DNA of 64,000 bases from assembly GCA_964016885.1 (NCBI GenBank), contig OZ024764.1, positions 25,482,001 to 25,546,000 of the forward strand, in the 5' to 3' direction. Below the pieces are notes generated by a model, which searched no databases, had not been told where the DNA came from, and saw only the letters and a program-made list of their open reading frames with translations. This document shows positions 51,831 to 64,000 of the stretch, in pieces. This DNA is from Eledone cirrhosa. Lineage: Eukaryota. Each line of letters opens with the position of its first letter. Position 1 is the first letter of the stretch. The position numbers and the translations under genes were made by a program.

Positions 51831-52936
51831 TCTACCTGCAGTAACGACCAATAGATAGTATTAGCAACTGGAAGGACCAAGGAAAAAAGGGAAACATTGT
51901 TTCCTTGGTTCAATTTGACGAAAGTCAATCCACTGTCGATATATATACACTATTTGGGAGGGTCATGCTGCCAATATACACACGCACCTGTTGGTTGTGT
52001 TTTTATTGGCAGTATGACCCTCCCAAAGTATAACAATATCTGTTTCAACATGTTTTCAAATAAGAAATCTTGTAAAACAATACAAAAACAACATACATAC
52101 ATATATATATACATACATATATATATACATACATATATATGTGTATCATCATTTCATTTCATTTTAGGTCCACTTTTCCCTGCTTGCAAGGGTGGGACGG
52201 GAACTGATTCTGGCTTGATTTCTACAGCTGGATGCCCTTCCTAACACCAACCTCATTTACAGTGAGTGCTGGGTGCTTTTTTGCCGTGGCACCTCCACGA
52301 CCACTTTACAGTGGAATGATAGGGACCCCAGTCCCTATCATCTCATTTTTACAGTTGAGTAAACTGGAGCAATGTGAAATAAAGTGTCTTGCTCAAGGAG
52401 ACAACACATCACCCGGTCTGAGATTGAACTCACAACCTTTCGATTGCAAGGCCAATGCTCTAACCACTACGCCATGTGCCACACATGAGTATATACATAT
52501 ATATATAAACATATATATATATATGAGTGTATATATATATATATATAAACATATATATATATATATGAGTGTATATATATATAAACATATATATATATGA
52601 GTGTATATATATATATATATATATATATAAACATATATATATATGAGTATATATATATGAGTGTATATATATATATATATATATGAGTGTATATATATAT
52701 GAGTGTATATATATATATATAAGTGTATATATATACAATTAAGTTAAAAACTGAAATACTAGTATGCATATGAATACACACACGTGTACATATGTAGATG
52801 TACCGAGTTTTCACTGGTCACTTTACTGTGAGTGTCCAGCTATTCTGTATGTAAACACACAGACAAACCGGTTTTTAGAGTCATACTGGTTTTTGAGGAA
52901 ACACCTTTCCTCTATTCTCCAGAAAGCCAGACAAGG

Positions 52937-52981
52937 AATATTGGACTAGTTTCGATGTTGTTACATCTCATCAGCAATATT
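52937..52981 (-). ncRNA. Minimal type I hammerhead ribozyme (inverted copy)
   Basis: Exact reverse complement of 53336-53380. Confidence 0.85.
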
Positions 52982-53335
52982 TACCTATCTTCCGGCCTCT
53001 CTAGAGAATCGTGAAAGCACATATCGTTATATGCTTTTCGTGTGTGTATTCATCGTTATATGCATATCGTGTGTGTATTCATATGCATACTAGTATTTCA
53101 GTATACATATGTGGATGTACATTTTTAACTTAATTGTTTAAGCGTCAGTCATACAAAAGTGAGTTACAAACGAAACGAAATTTAATTTCGTTTCGTTATT
53201 TGTTTTTATCGTCTCCGTTGAACCGGTACGTACTCACGCTCTATGCAAATTGGTCTGCCCACTACTAATTTTCATAGAAAAAGCATATAACGATATGTGC
53301 TTTCACGATTCTCTAGAGAGGCCGGAAGATAGGTA

Positions 53336-53380
53336 AATATTGCTGATGAGATGTAACAACATCGAAACTAGTCCAATATT
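53336..53380 (+). ncRNA. Minimal type I hammerhead ribozyme, intact
   Basis: aatattg-CTGATGA-gatgt aaca acatc-GAAA-CTAG-TC-caatatt: 7-bp stem I, 5-bp stem II with G-C closing pair, palindromic stem III, GUC cleavage triplet. Confidence 0.88.
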
Positions 53381-53711
53381 CCTTGTCTGGCTTTCTGGAG
53401 AATAGAGGAAAGGTGTTTCCTCAAAAACCAGTATGACTCTAAAAACCGGTTTGTCTGTGTGTTTACATACAGAATAGCTGGACACTCACAGTAAAGTGAC
53501 CAGTGAAAACTCGGTACATCTACATATGTACACGTGTGTGTATTCATATGCATACTAGTATTTCAGTATACATATGTGGATGTACATTTTTAACTTAATT
53601 GTTTAAGCGTCAGTCATACAAAAGTGAGTTACAAACGAAACGAAATTTAATTTCGTTTCGTTATTTGTTTTTGTATATATATATATAAGTGTATATATAT
53701 ATATATATATA

Positions 53712-56015
53712 TTGGCCTTTTCCTTCTTTTTTCTATCAAGGACGAATTCCCCAATGCGGGCGGTGGTTTGTACCATGACGATGGTCTTTTGACCATGACT
53801 AAGTGCGGACCTCGTGCTTGCGACAGGTTCAGAAAAGAATTCACAGCCTTCTTTAAAGGCTTCAACCTCTCTATACAGGTTGAGGCCAATCTCTCGGTCG
53901 TTAATTACCTCGACGTTACCCTCAATTTATTGAATGGGTTGTATCACCCGTATAGAAAGCCGAATGATACACTTAATTACATAAGTAAGCATTCCAACCA
54001 TCCTGCCAGCATAACCAAGAACCTGGTAAGAAACGTTTCGTTGAGGCTTTCCCGTCTTTCCACCAACGAGCGTATTTTCAACGACCATTCCACTTATTAC
54101 AATGAAGCTCTTGCTCGAAGTAGATTTTTCGATAAGGTAGCATATACAGAGTACAAAAATAGACCTAGAAGAAATAGATCCCGTCACATTTGTTGGTATA
54201 ACCCACCATATAATATGGAGGTGGCCACACCATTAGCTAAGATCTTTCTTTCCCTTATTGCGAAGCATTTTCCCCCTACACATAAGTATAGTAAAATTTT
54301 TAATAGAAATACTATTAAAATTTCTTACTCTACGACTCCTAACGTTGCACACAACCTCACAGCTTCAAATTTAGCTAAACTACCTAGCCGTAGGAATACC
54401 TGCAACCCTGTAGTTAGTACTAACTGTAATTGTAGGAATCGGGTTGATTGCCCCCTATCCGGGAAATGCCTCTCTAGTAACATTGTCTACAAATGTAAGG
54501 TTGTAACACCCACGTCAGGTAGAGCCAACATAGGGTTAACCGCCAATAGATTCAAGCAGCGTCTTTACATGCATACCCATTCTTTTCGTTACCCTCTAAG
54601 AAGGAATATGACGTCACTTTCAGCTTATATCTAGAGTCTAAAAGACAACCACACCCAATATAAGTTACAGTGGGAGATCCTAGCTAGGGCTAGATCATAT
54701 AACGGAAATAAAAGACCATGTGACCTCTGCGCCGCTGAGGCCCTGGAAATACTCTACGCCACTGACCACATCTTAAACAAAAAATCTGAGGTAATTTCGG
54801 CTTGTAAACATAAATTGCACAAAACTTTCCTGTATTACAGCCCCACGTTATACCCTAACGGATAGCACGATTTATACGTGGATATTTTACGTCTTGATGT
54901 GGGAGCTAAGTATATGTTTTGTTTATACCATTACTTATTTGCATAGGTAAGTATATATTACCCGTATGTTTTGTGAAGGTATGTATACCTTCTCGTACGT
55001 ATATTTGACTGTTATGGCGTATCATTTTTACATATTTTGGTATTTAGGGTTTGGCTATGTGTATACGGGAGTTTTGCGTCCGAGTGAGTATGCAGGTTCG
55101 TACGTATGGTGGGTGTGTGTATATGTGTACTTCATGTTTTGGTTGACTTACGTCTCTGAATATTCATGTATTTACATGTAGGTATGTGTGTGCGCTTGTT
55201 ATATATGTATTTATTTATTTATATACGTTTATATAATTATTTATTTATTTGTATACACGCATACAAACACACACATATTTATATGTGCGTGGTTTCATAT
55301 ACCTATGGTAAGTGTTTTGCGTATGCTTGTGTATGTACGTTTATGGATGCGTGTATGTATTTATTTATTTCTATTACTTCTGTATTGTATTTATTTACTT
55401 TGTTCTTAACTCTGTATATACCATAACATACACTATTTGGAGATATGGATGTTACAATTCAATCTATACACGTATAGCAGAACATTGAACTGAACTTACT
55501 TGCGTGTGTATAGGGTTGCGGTTGACCCAATTTTTCCAATTTACATCGTCACTTTGAGATTTGACCAATATAACATTTGTTGTTTTGTAAACTAACTTTC
55601 AGTGAATACTATGTTGGTATATTTATATTTTTTCTTTGACCTCGCGTCGATGTGTTTTAGTGTGTGTGTACCCACTCACATTAACTGTGACCGACTGTAA
55701 TTCTACAGATTTGATTGATGTCCAGCGTCTTTTACAGCTATTGGGAGATAGAGACTTGATAGTTTTATGACCCTAACTGAGGACGATAACAGTCGCCGTG
55801 TTTTGACTGCTTGATCTTCATATGTGGGACTAAACTCTGTGAGTGAACACCGTTCATTTTCTCCCTCATATCAAGGATTTGAAGACAATTCCTTTTCACC
55901 TGACGAGATCAGTGATAATCGATCATGGCTACACGATCGATCTATCTCTTATTGAAACATGTGTCATGATTAAAATGATTGGAAATTTATACCATGCCTT
56001 CGGATCTTTATTTTG
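53712..56015 (+). mobile_element. Penelope-like retroelement (probably Naiad-type), 5'-truncated: RT C-terminus, GIY-YIG, long 3'UTR with hammerhead
   Basis: GLYHDDGL, NYLDVTLNL, PYRKP, SNHP, WYNPP, CNCR..DCPLSGKC, IVYK..NIGLT..FKQR. The frame continues past TAG at 54632 with WEIL, CDLC and LNKKSE. Confidence 0.9.
55896..55969 (+). ncRNA. Hammerhead motif at the 3' end of the Penelope-like element
   Basis: tcac-CTGACGA-stem II (atcgatc/gatcgat)-GAAA-CATGTG-TC-atga; slightly decayed. Confidence 0.6.
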
Positions 56016-56607
56016 ATACAAATACTCTGTTTTACATCATCTAGCTGTTCCCACACACACACATATATATCACACACACACATATATCACACACACGCAC
56101 ATATATCACACACACACACTTATATCACACACACACTTCAGCTCAACACACACACATACATTACACAGCCCTCACACACACCACACACTTCAAACCCTTC
56201 TCTCCTGGTGATGGTAATTATGAGGTGATGACATTGTGTTATCATCATCACCATTTTACATCCATTCTTCCACACTAGCATGGGTTAGACAAGCTGTCCT
56301 GTTATGGGCAATGTTAGGTCAGACATCATGATCAGACATCAATGTTAGGTCAGACACCTACATGACCACTTTACAGTGTGGACTGGGTACTTTTTGTTGT
56401 GACACCTACATGACCACTTTACAGTGTGGACTGGGTACTTTTTGTCATCATATTTACACGACCCTATACAGTGGAAGGGTGGGGTGGGTGTAAATACATA
56501 TATTCTTCTAAATGCTATGCTTAATTTCAAAAAAGCATTTAAAAAAAGACGAACTTCCTATACAACTTCTATTATATACACAATAACATCCAAATTATAT
56601 ATATATA

Positions 56608-56870
56608 TCTAAAACAGAATGTATGTCTGTCTGACTCCCTAAAACTCGAGAACCACCCAACCGATTGTTTTCAAACTTTACACATGTAATACTTACGGTC
56701 CTGTGAGTGTTTTGAGCAAAAACAATTTCAAATTTTCAATGCCCTAGGGACCGCATTAGGCGATTTAGCGATCTCTCGCTATAAATCTTAGGCTTTCTCT
56801 TTTTAGCTAGATACATAGATATAACGTTGTGCCCTTATATCTGTCTCTATGCCTGACTGTCTGCATTAGG
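56608..56870 (+). mobile_element. Helitron 5' portion related to 13598-13880
   Basis: Shared CCCTAAAACTCGAGAACCACCCAACCGA...GCATTAGGCGATTTAGCGATCTCTC. Confidence 0.7.
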
Positions 56871-56915
56871 ACATTATGACATCGCTATATGTGTGTGTAT
56901 ATATCTATATATAGA

Positions 56916-56951
<36 letters not shown>

Positions 56952-57409
56952 TGTAATGTTTTTCGAAAATTTACTTCTGCATTCACAGATTGATTTTTTT
57001 ATTTTAGTTTCAGAAGATCCCGTTAAGGGTGAAAGCAGCGAGTCTTTGCTTAAACTTTATTCTGTTATGTTAATATATATATATATATATAATTATATAT
57101 TCGTGTACAGATATTTTTGCATGCACAATAACAAAATATAAACAAAAGTATTTATTTCACGAGGCTCGATAAAGATAAATATATATCAAATATATAAGAA
57201 CCATAGAGCAAATCCCAAGCAACACTGGGCCATTCTGCTAGTGTATAATATATATATACACACACACACATATATATACATATATACATATATAATCACA
57301 CATTCACAGCACCACTGCTGCAACCATACCACACACACCATCATATATCTCAGCTGTCTCCTTGATCTCAAGTGACAAGATAAAGCAATGACACCCACAA
57401 CACATACAC

Positions 57410-57475
<66 letters not shown>

Positions 57476-57774
57476 ATATATATATATGTGTATGTGTTGT
57501 GGGTGTCATTTATGTTGTCAGTGAAGCAGTGAAGCATAGGTGAGATGTGTGAGGGAAGAACTATCAGAATAGAATTTGTGATTACATTTAGGAATTTCAG
57601 TTGTAAATGGATGAGTCCTAGCTGCCAATCTGGTGCTCCGTTAGGGTTATATGAGGTTGATTATTCTTCTTTGGATCTTATTTAAACTCTCAAGGTAAAC
57701 AGCAGAAGCACCAGACAAGATGTGACAACAGTACTCAATACAAGGACAAATGGTAGATTTATAATGATATAGGA

Positions 57775-58832
57775 TCGAGATCTTAGGCGCTATGCAGTAA
57801 TACAGAAGATCCACCTTCCCTTGCATACAAAATTAAAACTATACACCCAACATCATCCTCCTACACCACCCTTTCTCTGTAAAGTTATGTTAACACAAAA
57901 CATCCATCCCACACTGTAAAGTGGTCATGTAGGTGTCACAACAAAAAGTCCCTAGTCCACACTGTAAAGTGGTCATGTAGGTGTTACAACAATAAACACC
58001 CAGTCCACACTGTAAAGTGGTCATGTAGGTGTCACAACAAAAAATACCGTCCACACTGTAAAGTGGTCATGTAGGTGTCACAACAAAAAGCACCCAGTCC
58101 ACACTGTAAAGTGATCATGTAGGTGTCACAACAAAAAGTACCCAGTCCACACTGTAAAGTGGTCATGTAGGTGTCACAACAAAAAGCACCCAGTCCACAC
58201 TGTAAAGTGATCATGTAGGTGTCACAACAAAAAATACCGTCCACACTGTAAAGTGGTCATGTAGGTGTCACAACAAAAAGCACCCAGTCCACACTGTAAA
58301 GTGATCATGTAGGTGTAACAACAAAAATCACCCAGTCCACACTGTAAAGTGATCATGTAGGTGTCACAACAAAAAGTACCCAGTCCACACTGTAAAGTGG
58401 TCATGTAGGTGTCACAACAAAAAGCACCCAGTCCACACTGTAGAGTGGTCATGTAGGTGTCACAACAAACTACACTCAGTCCACACTGTAAAGTGGTCAT
58501 GTAGGTGTCACAACAAAAAATACCGTCCACACTGTAAAGTGGTCATGTAGGTGTCACAACAAAAAGTACCCAGTCCACACTGTAAAGTGGTCATGTAGGT
58601 GTCACAACAAAAAGTACCATCCCCACTGTAAAGTGGTCATGTAGGTGTCACAACAAACAGTACCCAGTCCACACTGTAAAGTGGTTGGCGTTAGGAAGGG
58701 CATCCAGCCATCGAAAAGCCAGCCAGAAACAGTTCTATACGAGCGAGACACGGTCACCTGACCCAACTTGCCTCAAGTGGGACAAACCCGTCTAACTCAT
58801 GCTAACATGGAAGATAGACGTTAAACGATGAT
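57775..58832 (+). mobile_element. RTE family B 3' end containing a 47/48-bp tandem array (~57905-58682, ~16 copies)
   Basis: Unit GTCCACACTGTAAAGTGGTCATGTAGGTGTCACAACAAAAAGCACCCA lies between the RTE ORF end and the GGAAGGGCATCC/(GAT)n tail. Confidence 0.9.
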
Positions 58833-59032
58833 GGTTATAGAGCGAATTAACTTTATGGGCAACAAACTTGGCAATCAATGTGATATAATCCAGCTCAAGT
58901 CATTGGAAAATGTCAGACTATGGTGGTATACAGAGTTGCTCTCACAGGGGATATGATCAGCCATACTAATGGAAGGCAAAGGGGGTTCTCTATGGTGAGT
59001 AAAAGATACCAGTTTAGACTTAAATGTATTAA

Positions 59033-59251
59033 CCCTTTAGCCTTTACATTACATTATATTTACTATTGTATTTTTTGCAGTAAAGGTTTTACCTCACATA
59101 ATATCGATTCTATGATATTTTGATGTTATTTATTTTGAGAACAATACCTTAACGTCAGTATGAGTGGCCAGTTATGACCAGTTACAGTCGGTTTGAACAG
59201 AAAAAGGTGAGAGAATTGTGGCCGGATACAGCTGGTTTCAATGCTAAAGGG
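59033..59251. mobile_element. piggyBac-like MITE
   Basis: TTAA|CCCTTTAGC...GCTAAAGGG|TTAA. Confidence 0.8.
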
Positions 59252-59440
59252 TTAAAGGTAACAAACAATTTCTAATCCCTCTTCACAACTGAAGGTGATT
59301 TTGAAGAAGAGCTGCCAATTGAACTTTATCAGACATTCAGACAATAATAGAGAGTTGTATAATTAGCAGAGACACCAAGCTGAGAAAATATGTCATTGGG
59401 AAGATCACTGATAAAGATTAAGGATAGTATAAACACCCTT

Positions 59441-59600
59441 GATAGAGCACTTCATTGATGGGACCCAGGATAGAGCCCTTCATTGATGGGACCCAGGGTA
59501 GAGCCCTTCATTGATGGGACCCAGGGTAGAGCCCTTCATTGATGGGACCCAGGGTAGAGCACTTCATTGGTGGGACCCAGGGTAGAGGCCGTTATTGATG
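59441..59600 (+). repeat. 28-bp minisatellite, ~5.5 copies
   Basis: Unit TAGAGCCCTTCATTGATGGGACCCAGGG. Confidence 0.9.
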
Positions 59601-59990
59601 CATTAATGTGTAAAGATCTAGAAAAGTGGTGTTTCAAGACAACCTTCACTTCACTCTGAGTTCAAATACAACTGGGGTGAGCTGCAGTTCATCCTTATGG
59701 GGTCAATAAATACCCAGTCCAGGGCCAATGGATGAAAAATATAAAAGGGAAAGGAAATATAGAGCTACAACTATGTAGGTACAAGGTTGTACCTCATACA
59801 AGATTTCTCATGTGTTTTAATGATAAGGGCCCCAGTCCTATCATGTTGTTACAGCTCACACTTATGTAGGTTTAGCTGGCCTCATACTAGGATGTATCTC
59901 AGAATGTAAAAAATGGTTACTAAATGTTGGTAAATCTTTTCTCCAAATTTGTATTGTAGCAACGTGACAAAGAGATTCATCATCATTGAA

Positions 59991-61462
59991 CCCTTTAGCA
60001 TTTACATTACTCTATATAAACTATTGTATTGACACAGTAAAGGCTTTACCTCACATAATATCTCACATAACATTTACATTACTCTATATATACTATTGTA
60101 TTTTCACAGTAAAGGCTTTATCTCACATAATATCTCACATAACATTTACATTACTCTATATATACTATTGTATTGTCACAGTAAAGGCTTTACCTCACAT
60201 AATATCTCACATAACATTTACATTATTCTATATATACTATTGTATTTTCACAGTAAAGGCTTTACCTTACATAATATCTCACATAACATTTACATTACTC
60301 TATATATACTATTGTATTTTCACAGTAAAGGCTTTACCTCACATAACATCTCACATAACATTTACATTACTCTATATATACTATTGTATTTTCACAGTAA
60401 AGGCTTTTCCTTACATAATATCTCACATAACATTTACATTACTCTATATATACTATTGTATTTTCACAGTAAAGGCTTTACCTCACATAATATCTCACAT
60501 AACATTTACATTACTCTATATATACTATTGTATTTTCACAGTAAAGGCTTTACCTTACATAATATCTCACATAACATTTACATTACTCTATATATACTAT
60601 TGTATTTTCACAGTAAAGGCTTTACCTCACATAATATCTCACATAATATTTACATTACTCTATATATACTATTGTATTGTCACAGTAAAGGCTTTACCTC
60701 ACATAATATCTCACATAACATTTACATTACACTATATATACTATTGTATTTTCACAGTAAAGGCTTTACCTCACATAATATCTCACATAACATTTACATT
60801 ACTCTATATATACTATTGTATTTTCACAGTAAAGGCTTTACCTCACATAATATCTCACATAACATTTACATTACACTATATATACTATTGTATTGTCACA
60901 GTAAAGGCTTTACCTCACATAATATCTCACATAACATTAACATTACTCTATATATACTATTGTATTGTCACAGTAAAGGCTTTACCTCACATAATATCTC
61001 ACATAACATTTACATTACCCTATATATACTATTGTATTTTCACAGTAAAGGCTTTACCTCACATAATATCTCACATAACATTTACATTACTCTATATATA
61101 CTATTGTATTGTCACAGTAAAGGCTTTACCTCACATAATATCTCACATAACATTAACATTACTCTATATATACTATTGTATTTTCACAGTAAAGGCTTTA
61201 CCTTACATAATATCTCGCATAACATTTACATTATTCTATATATACTATTGTATTGTCACAGTAAAGGCTTTACCTCACATAATATCTCACATAACATTTA
61301 CATTACACTATATATACTATTGTATTGTCACAGTAAAGGCTTTACCTCACATAATATCTCACATAACATTTACATTACACTATATATACTAGTGTATTGT
61401 CACAGTAAAGGCTTTACCTCACATAATATTGAATCTTCGAAATTTTGATGTTATTTATTTTG
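59991..61462 (+). repeat. 72-bp tandem satellite (~20 copies) within a second piggyBac-like MITE copy
   Basis: Unit CACAGTAAAGGCTTTACCTCACATAATATCTCACATAACATTTACATTACTCTATATATACTATTGTATTTT; starts at CCCTTTAGC. Confidence 0.95.
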
Positions 61463-61464
61463 TA

Positions 61465-62548
61465 GGTAAAAATTCCATTCTATGCCCCAAATGCAAACTA
61501 TGGGTTCATAAAAGAATTAGTGGGATCACAGGTAAGCTATCTAAGAATGTAGATTTTATATGTGTCCGATGCTCAGGTGCAGTAAGTAGCAAGGCCCCAC
61601 TGAATGATATCTCCTTCAACTGCCCAGATGGTTCTATAGAAATAGTAGACACCTTCCGTTACCTGGGTGACAAAATCAGCAGTGGAGGAGGGTGCTCTGA
61701 AAGTGTAGTAGCCAGAGTTAGAACGGAATGGAAAAAGTTCAGAGAGCTAATACCGCTGTTGGCCACAAGGGGTTTTTCTTTAAAAATGAAAGGCAGATTG
61801 TATGATGCATGTATACGAACAGTGATATTACATGCTAGTGAGACTTGGACATTGTGTGCTGAAGACCTGCGTAGATTAGAAAGAAATGAAGCTTGCATGC
61901 TCCGATGGATGTGTAATAGTAATGTGCGTGAAAGGCGAAGCATAAATGAACTAAGAGGGAGACTAAGCATAAGAGGTATCAAATGCTGTGTCTGGAGAGG
62001 AGACTGCGTTGGTATGGACATGTGATGTGTATGAAGGACGATAGCTGTATAAAAAAGTGCAGGGCAATGAAAATTGATGGAAGCTGCAGAGTGGGTAGAC
62101 TAAGAAAAGCCTGGGATGAGGTGATAAAAACTGACCTTGTTCACCTACACCTCTCTAAGACAATGTCACTGGATCGAGATCTTTGGCGCTACGTAGTAAT
62201 ACAGAAAGCCAGCCTTCCATTACATACAAAGTTAAACCTACAGTCAGTAGACACCTTTAACCTAATATACACCCCTACCCCATCCTCCCACTTCCGTCCA
62301 CTGAAAAGTGGACATGTAGGTGACACAACAAAAAGCACCCAGTCGACACTGTAAAGTGGACGTGTTGAAGACATGGTAAAAAGGCTCCCAGTCCACACTG
62401 TAAATGTGGTTGTTGTTAGGAAGGGCATCCAGCCGTAGAAAACCTGCCAGGGACAGTTCTGTACGAGCGAGACACGGTCTTCCAACGAATCTTGCCTCAA
62501 GTGGGACAAAACTGATGCTAATGAGGAAGATGGACATTAATACAATGA
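61465..62548 (+). mobile_element. RTE LINE family B, 5'-truncated
   Basis: PHD half, FRYLGD, ILHASETW, RRLRWYGHV, 3'UTR. Confidence 0.9.
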
Positions 62549-62884
62549 AATACTGGTGTTGGTACCAAAGATCAATACTGGAGTCAGGTCCATAACTCCT
62601 ATGGGTTACCTTGAGCCAATCCTCTGTGAAACACGCCGATACACAAAACCTTTTCATTTTTTTCTATTATATATGTATATATATTTTTTCATCTGCTTTA
62701 AGGGCTTTAAGCATCCGAAAGTATGCAACTTCCTCCTGGACAGGACCCAATTCATCACAGAGTTAAACCCCCGGCTACTGCCGGTACTCATTTTTAGCTG
62801 AGTATACTGGAGCACCATGAAATGAAGTGTTTTGCTCAAGAACATAACACAACACACACCTGGTCCAGGAAATAGATATATGTT

Positions 62885-62917
<33 letters not shown>

Positions 62918-62993
62918 TCAAATAGAAGTCACACATTAAGTTCTTGTGTGAATATGTCACAAGAATATGTCACTACCTGTAAACCAATTCTTG

Positions 62994-63077
62994 TATTTTA
63001 TCTGATGAATATAAAATGTTGGTGCCCTTGAAATAAATATAAAATGTTGGTGCCCTTGAAATATATATAATAAAATA
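62994..63077 (+). ncRNA. Rearranged hammerhead motif (internal duplication in domain II)
   Basis: tattttat-CTGATGA-...duplicated ataaaatgttggtgcccttgaaata...-GAAA-TATATA-TA-ataaaata; flanks homologous to 44870-45005. Confidence 0.5.
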
Positions 63078-63256
63078 AATACGGTTTTATAAAGATAGTT
63101 TCCATTTATTAATATTATTGATAAATATATATATGAAACACAAATTGAAATAATTTATCTTAGCGGTTTCATTTTCTTTCTAATGCATTGCTTAGTTTTC
63201 AAAATTAGTTATATTTGTGTTTCCTGAACAATGCTTCAAGCAAGCTACAAAACTGT

Positions 63257-63326
<70 letters not shown>

Positions 63327-63340
63327 TATATATATATATA

Positions 63341-63400
<60 letters not shown>

Positions 63401-64000
63401 TATATATATATAGTGACGAAACATAAGTCAATTGCATGAACTCATAATCCTTTATTTACTGCTATATATATTTCGATGATAGCCATCAGGCAGTTAGTCA
63501 GTTCTTAGATATGCCAGCTCTGTGTTGATGGTATCAGAGCCTTGGGACATATATATATATATATATATATTTAATATAGATTTGGCTTCTACTGGATTAG
63601 AATTGTTTCATTCAAAAGAAATCATCAGGAAAGGCTGACTGAAGCAGTTCTAGTCCTGTAGAACCTATTTCTATATCAAATTTGTTGTTTACACTCTACT
63701 AATGTCTTAAGCACCTTATTTACTGTGGTTACCCCCGATTGTACCCTGGACTCCTCACATTTGCAACCACGCAGCACGCCATGTTTTCATATTCATATAT
63801 ATATATATTTTCCTCCACTGTGACCCGTCTGTTTCTTTCTTACTGCTTTCTCTGAATCTCTCACTTCCCTTTACCCCCTCTAACAGTCACTCTCTCTGTT
63901 AGCCTCTTCCTCACCTTTCACTCACTCACTCTCTGCTACTCCCTCTCCTACTTCCTCCCGTTTGACCTGTGCAAAATTCTTTCCTAACGCACACTTTCAC

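Larger units (their letters stand above)
52736..53690 (+). mobile_element. Retrozyme-like element: 465-nt unit, partial tandem plus inverted ~290-bp copy
   Basis: 52750-53039 is the reverse complement of ~53278-53567; 53069-53205 repeats at 53534-53670 (offset 465); (TA)n on both sides. Confidence 0.75.

Noticed and set aside
54632-54634. Recoded stop (selenocysteine) in the Penelope-like ORF
   Set aside because: The stop is TAG, not TGA, at a likely Trp (TGG) position; simple decay.
59986-61448. 450-468 aa hydrophobic repeat ORFs
   Set aside because: Translations of the 72-bp MITE-derived satellite.
63595-63635. Further CTGATGA...GAAA motif on the minus strand (a similar one at ~25105-25145)
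   Set aside because: Stem I does not pair; not counted as a hammerhead.

Overview
AT-rich, (TA)n-riddled animal genomic DNA; the repeat repertoire suggests a coleoid cephalopod such as octopus (inference). The only host gene I can support is on the minus strand: a PKDCC/VLK-family secretory-pathway kinase homologue. Two coding exons (46555-47373 and ~11470-11665) join in phase 0 across a ~34.9 kb intron; the second exon is absent from the ORF track. Its catalytic-loop Asp is replaced by Lys and its Gly-rich loop has no glycines, so it looks like a pseudokinase. The rest is repeats: an >11 kb purine-strand 7-mer satellite with ~3.8-4.0 kb higher-order units; 69-, 72-, 48- and 28-bp tandem arrays; five large RTE LINE copies with a PHD finger inside the RT; CR1, R4 and Penelope-like fragments; Helitrons; a deleted mariner; a piggyBac-like MITE; and tRNA-derived SINEs. 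The most striking hidden signal is about 16 type I hammerhead ribozyme motifs from several unrelated sequence families, all with (near-)palindromic stem III and mostly in (TA)n-bounded inserts. They include a 428/465-nt non-coding retrozyme-like family with an octamer/TATA-like module. All calls were made by eye, and repeat boundaries are approximate.
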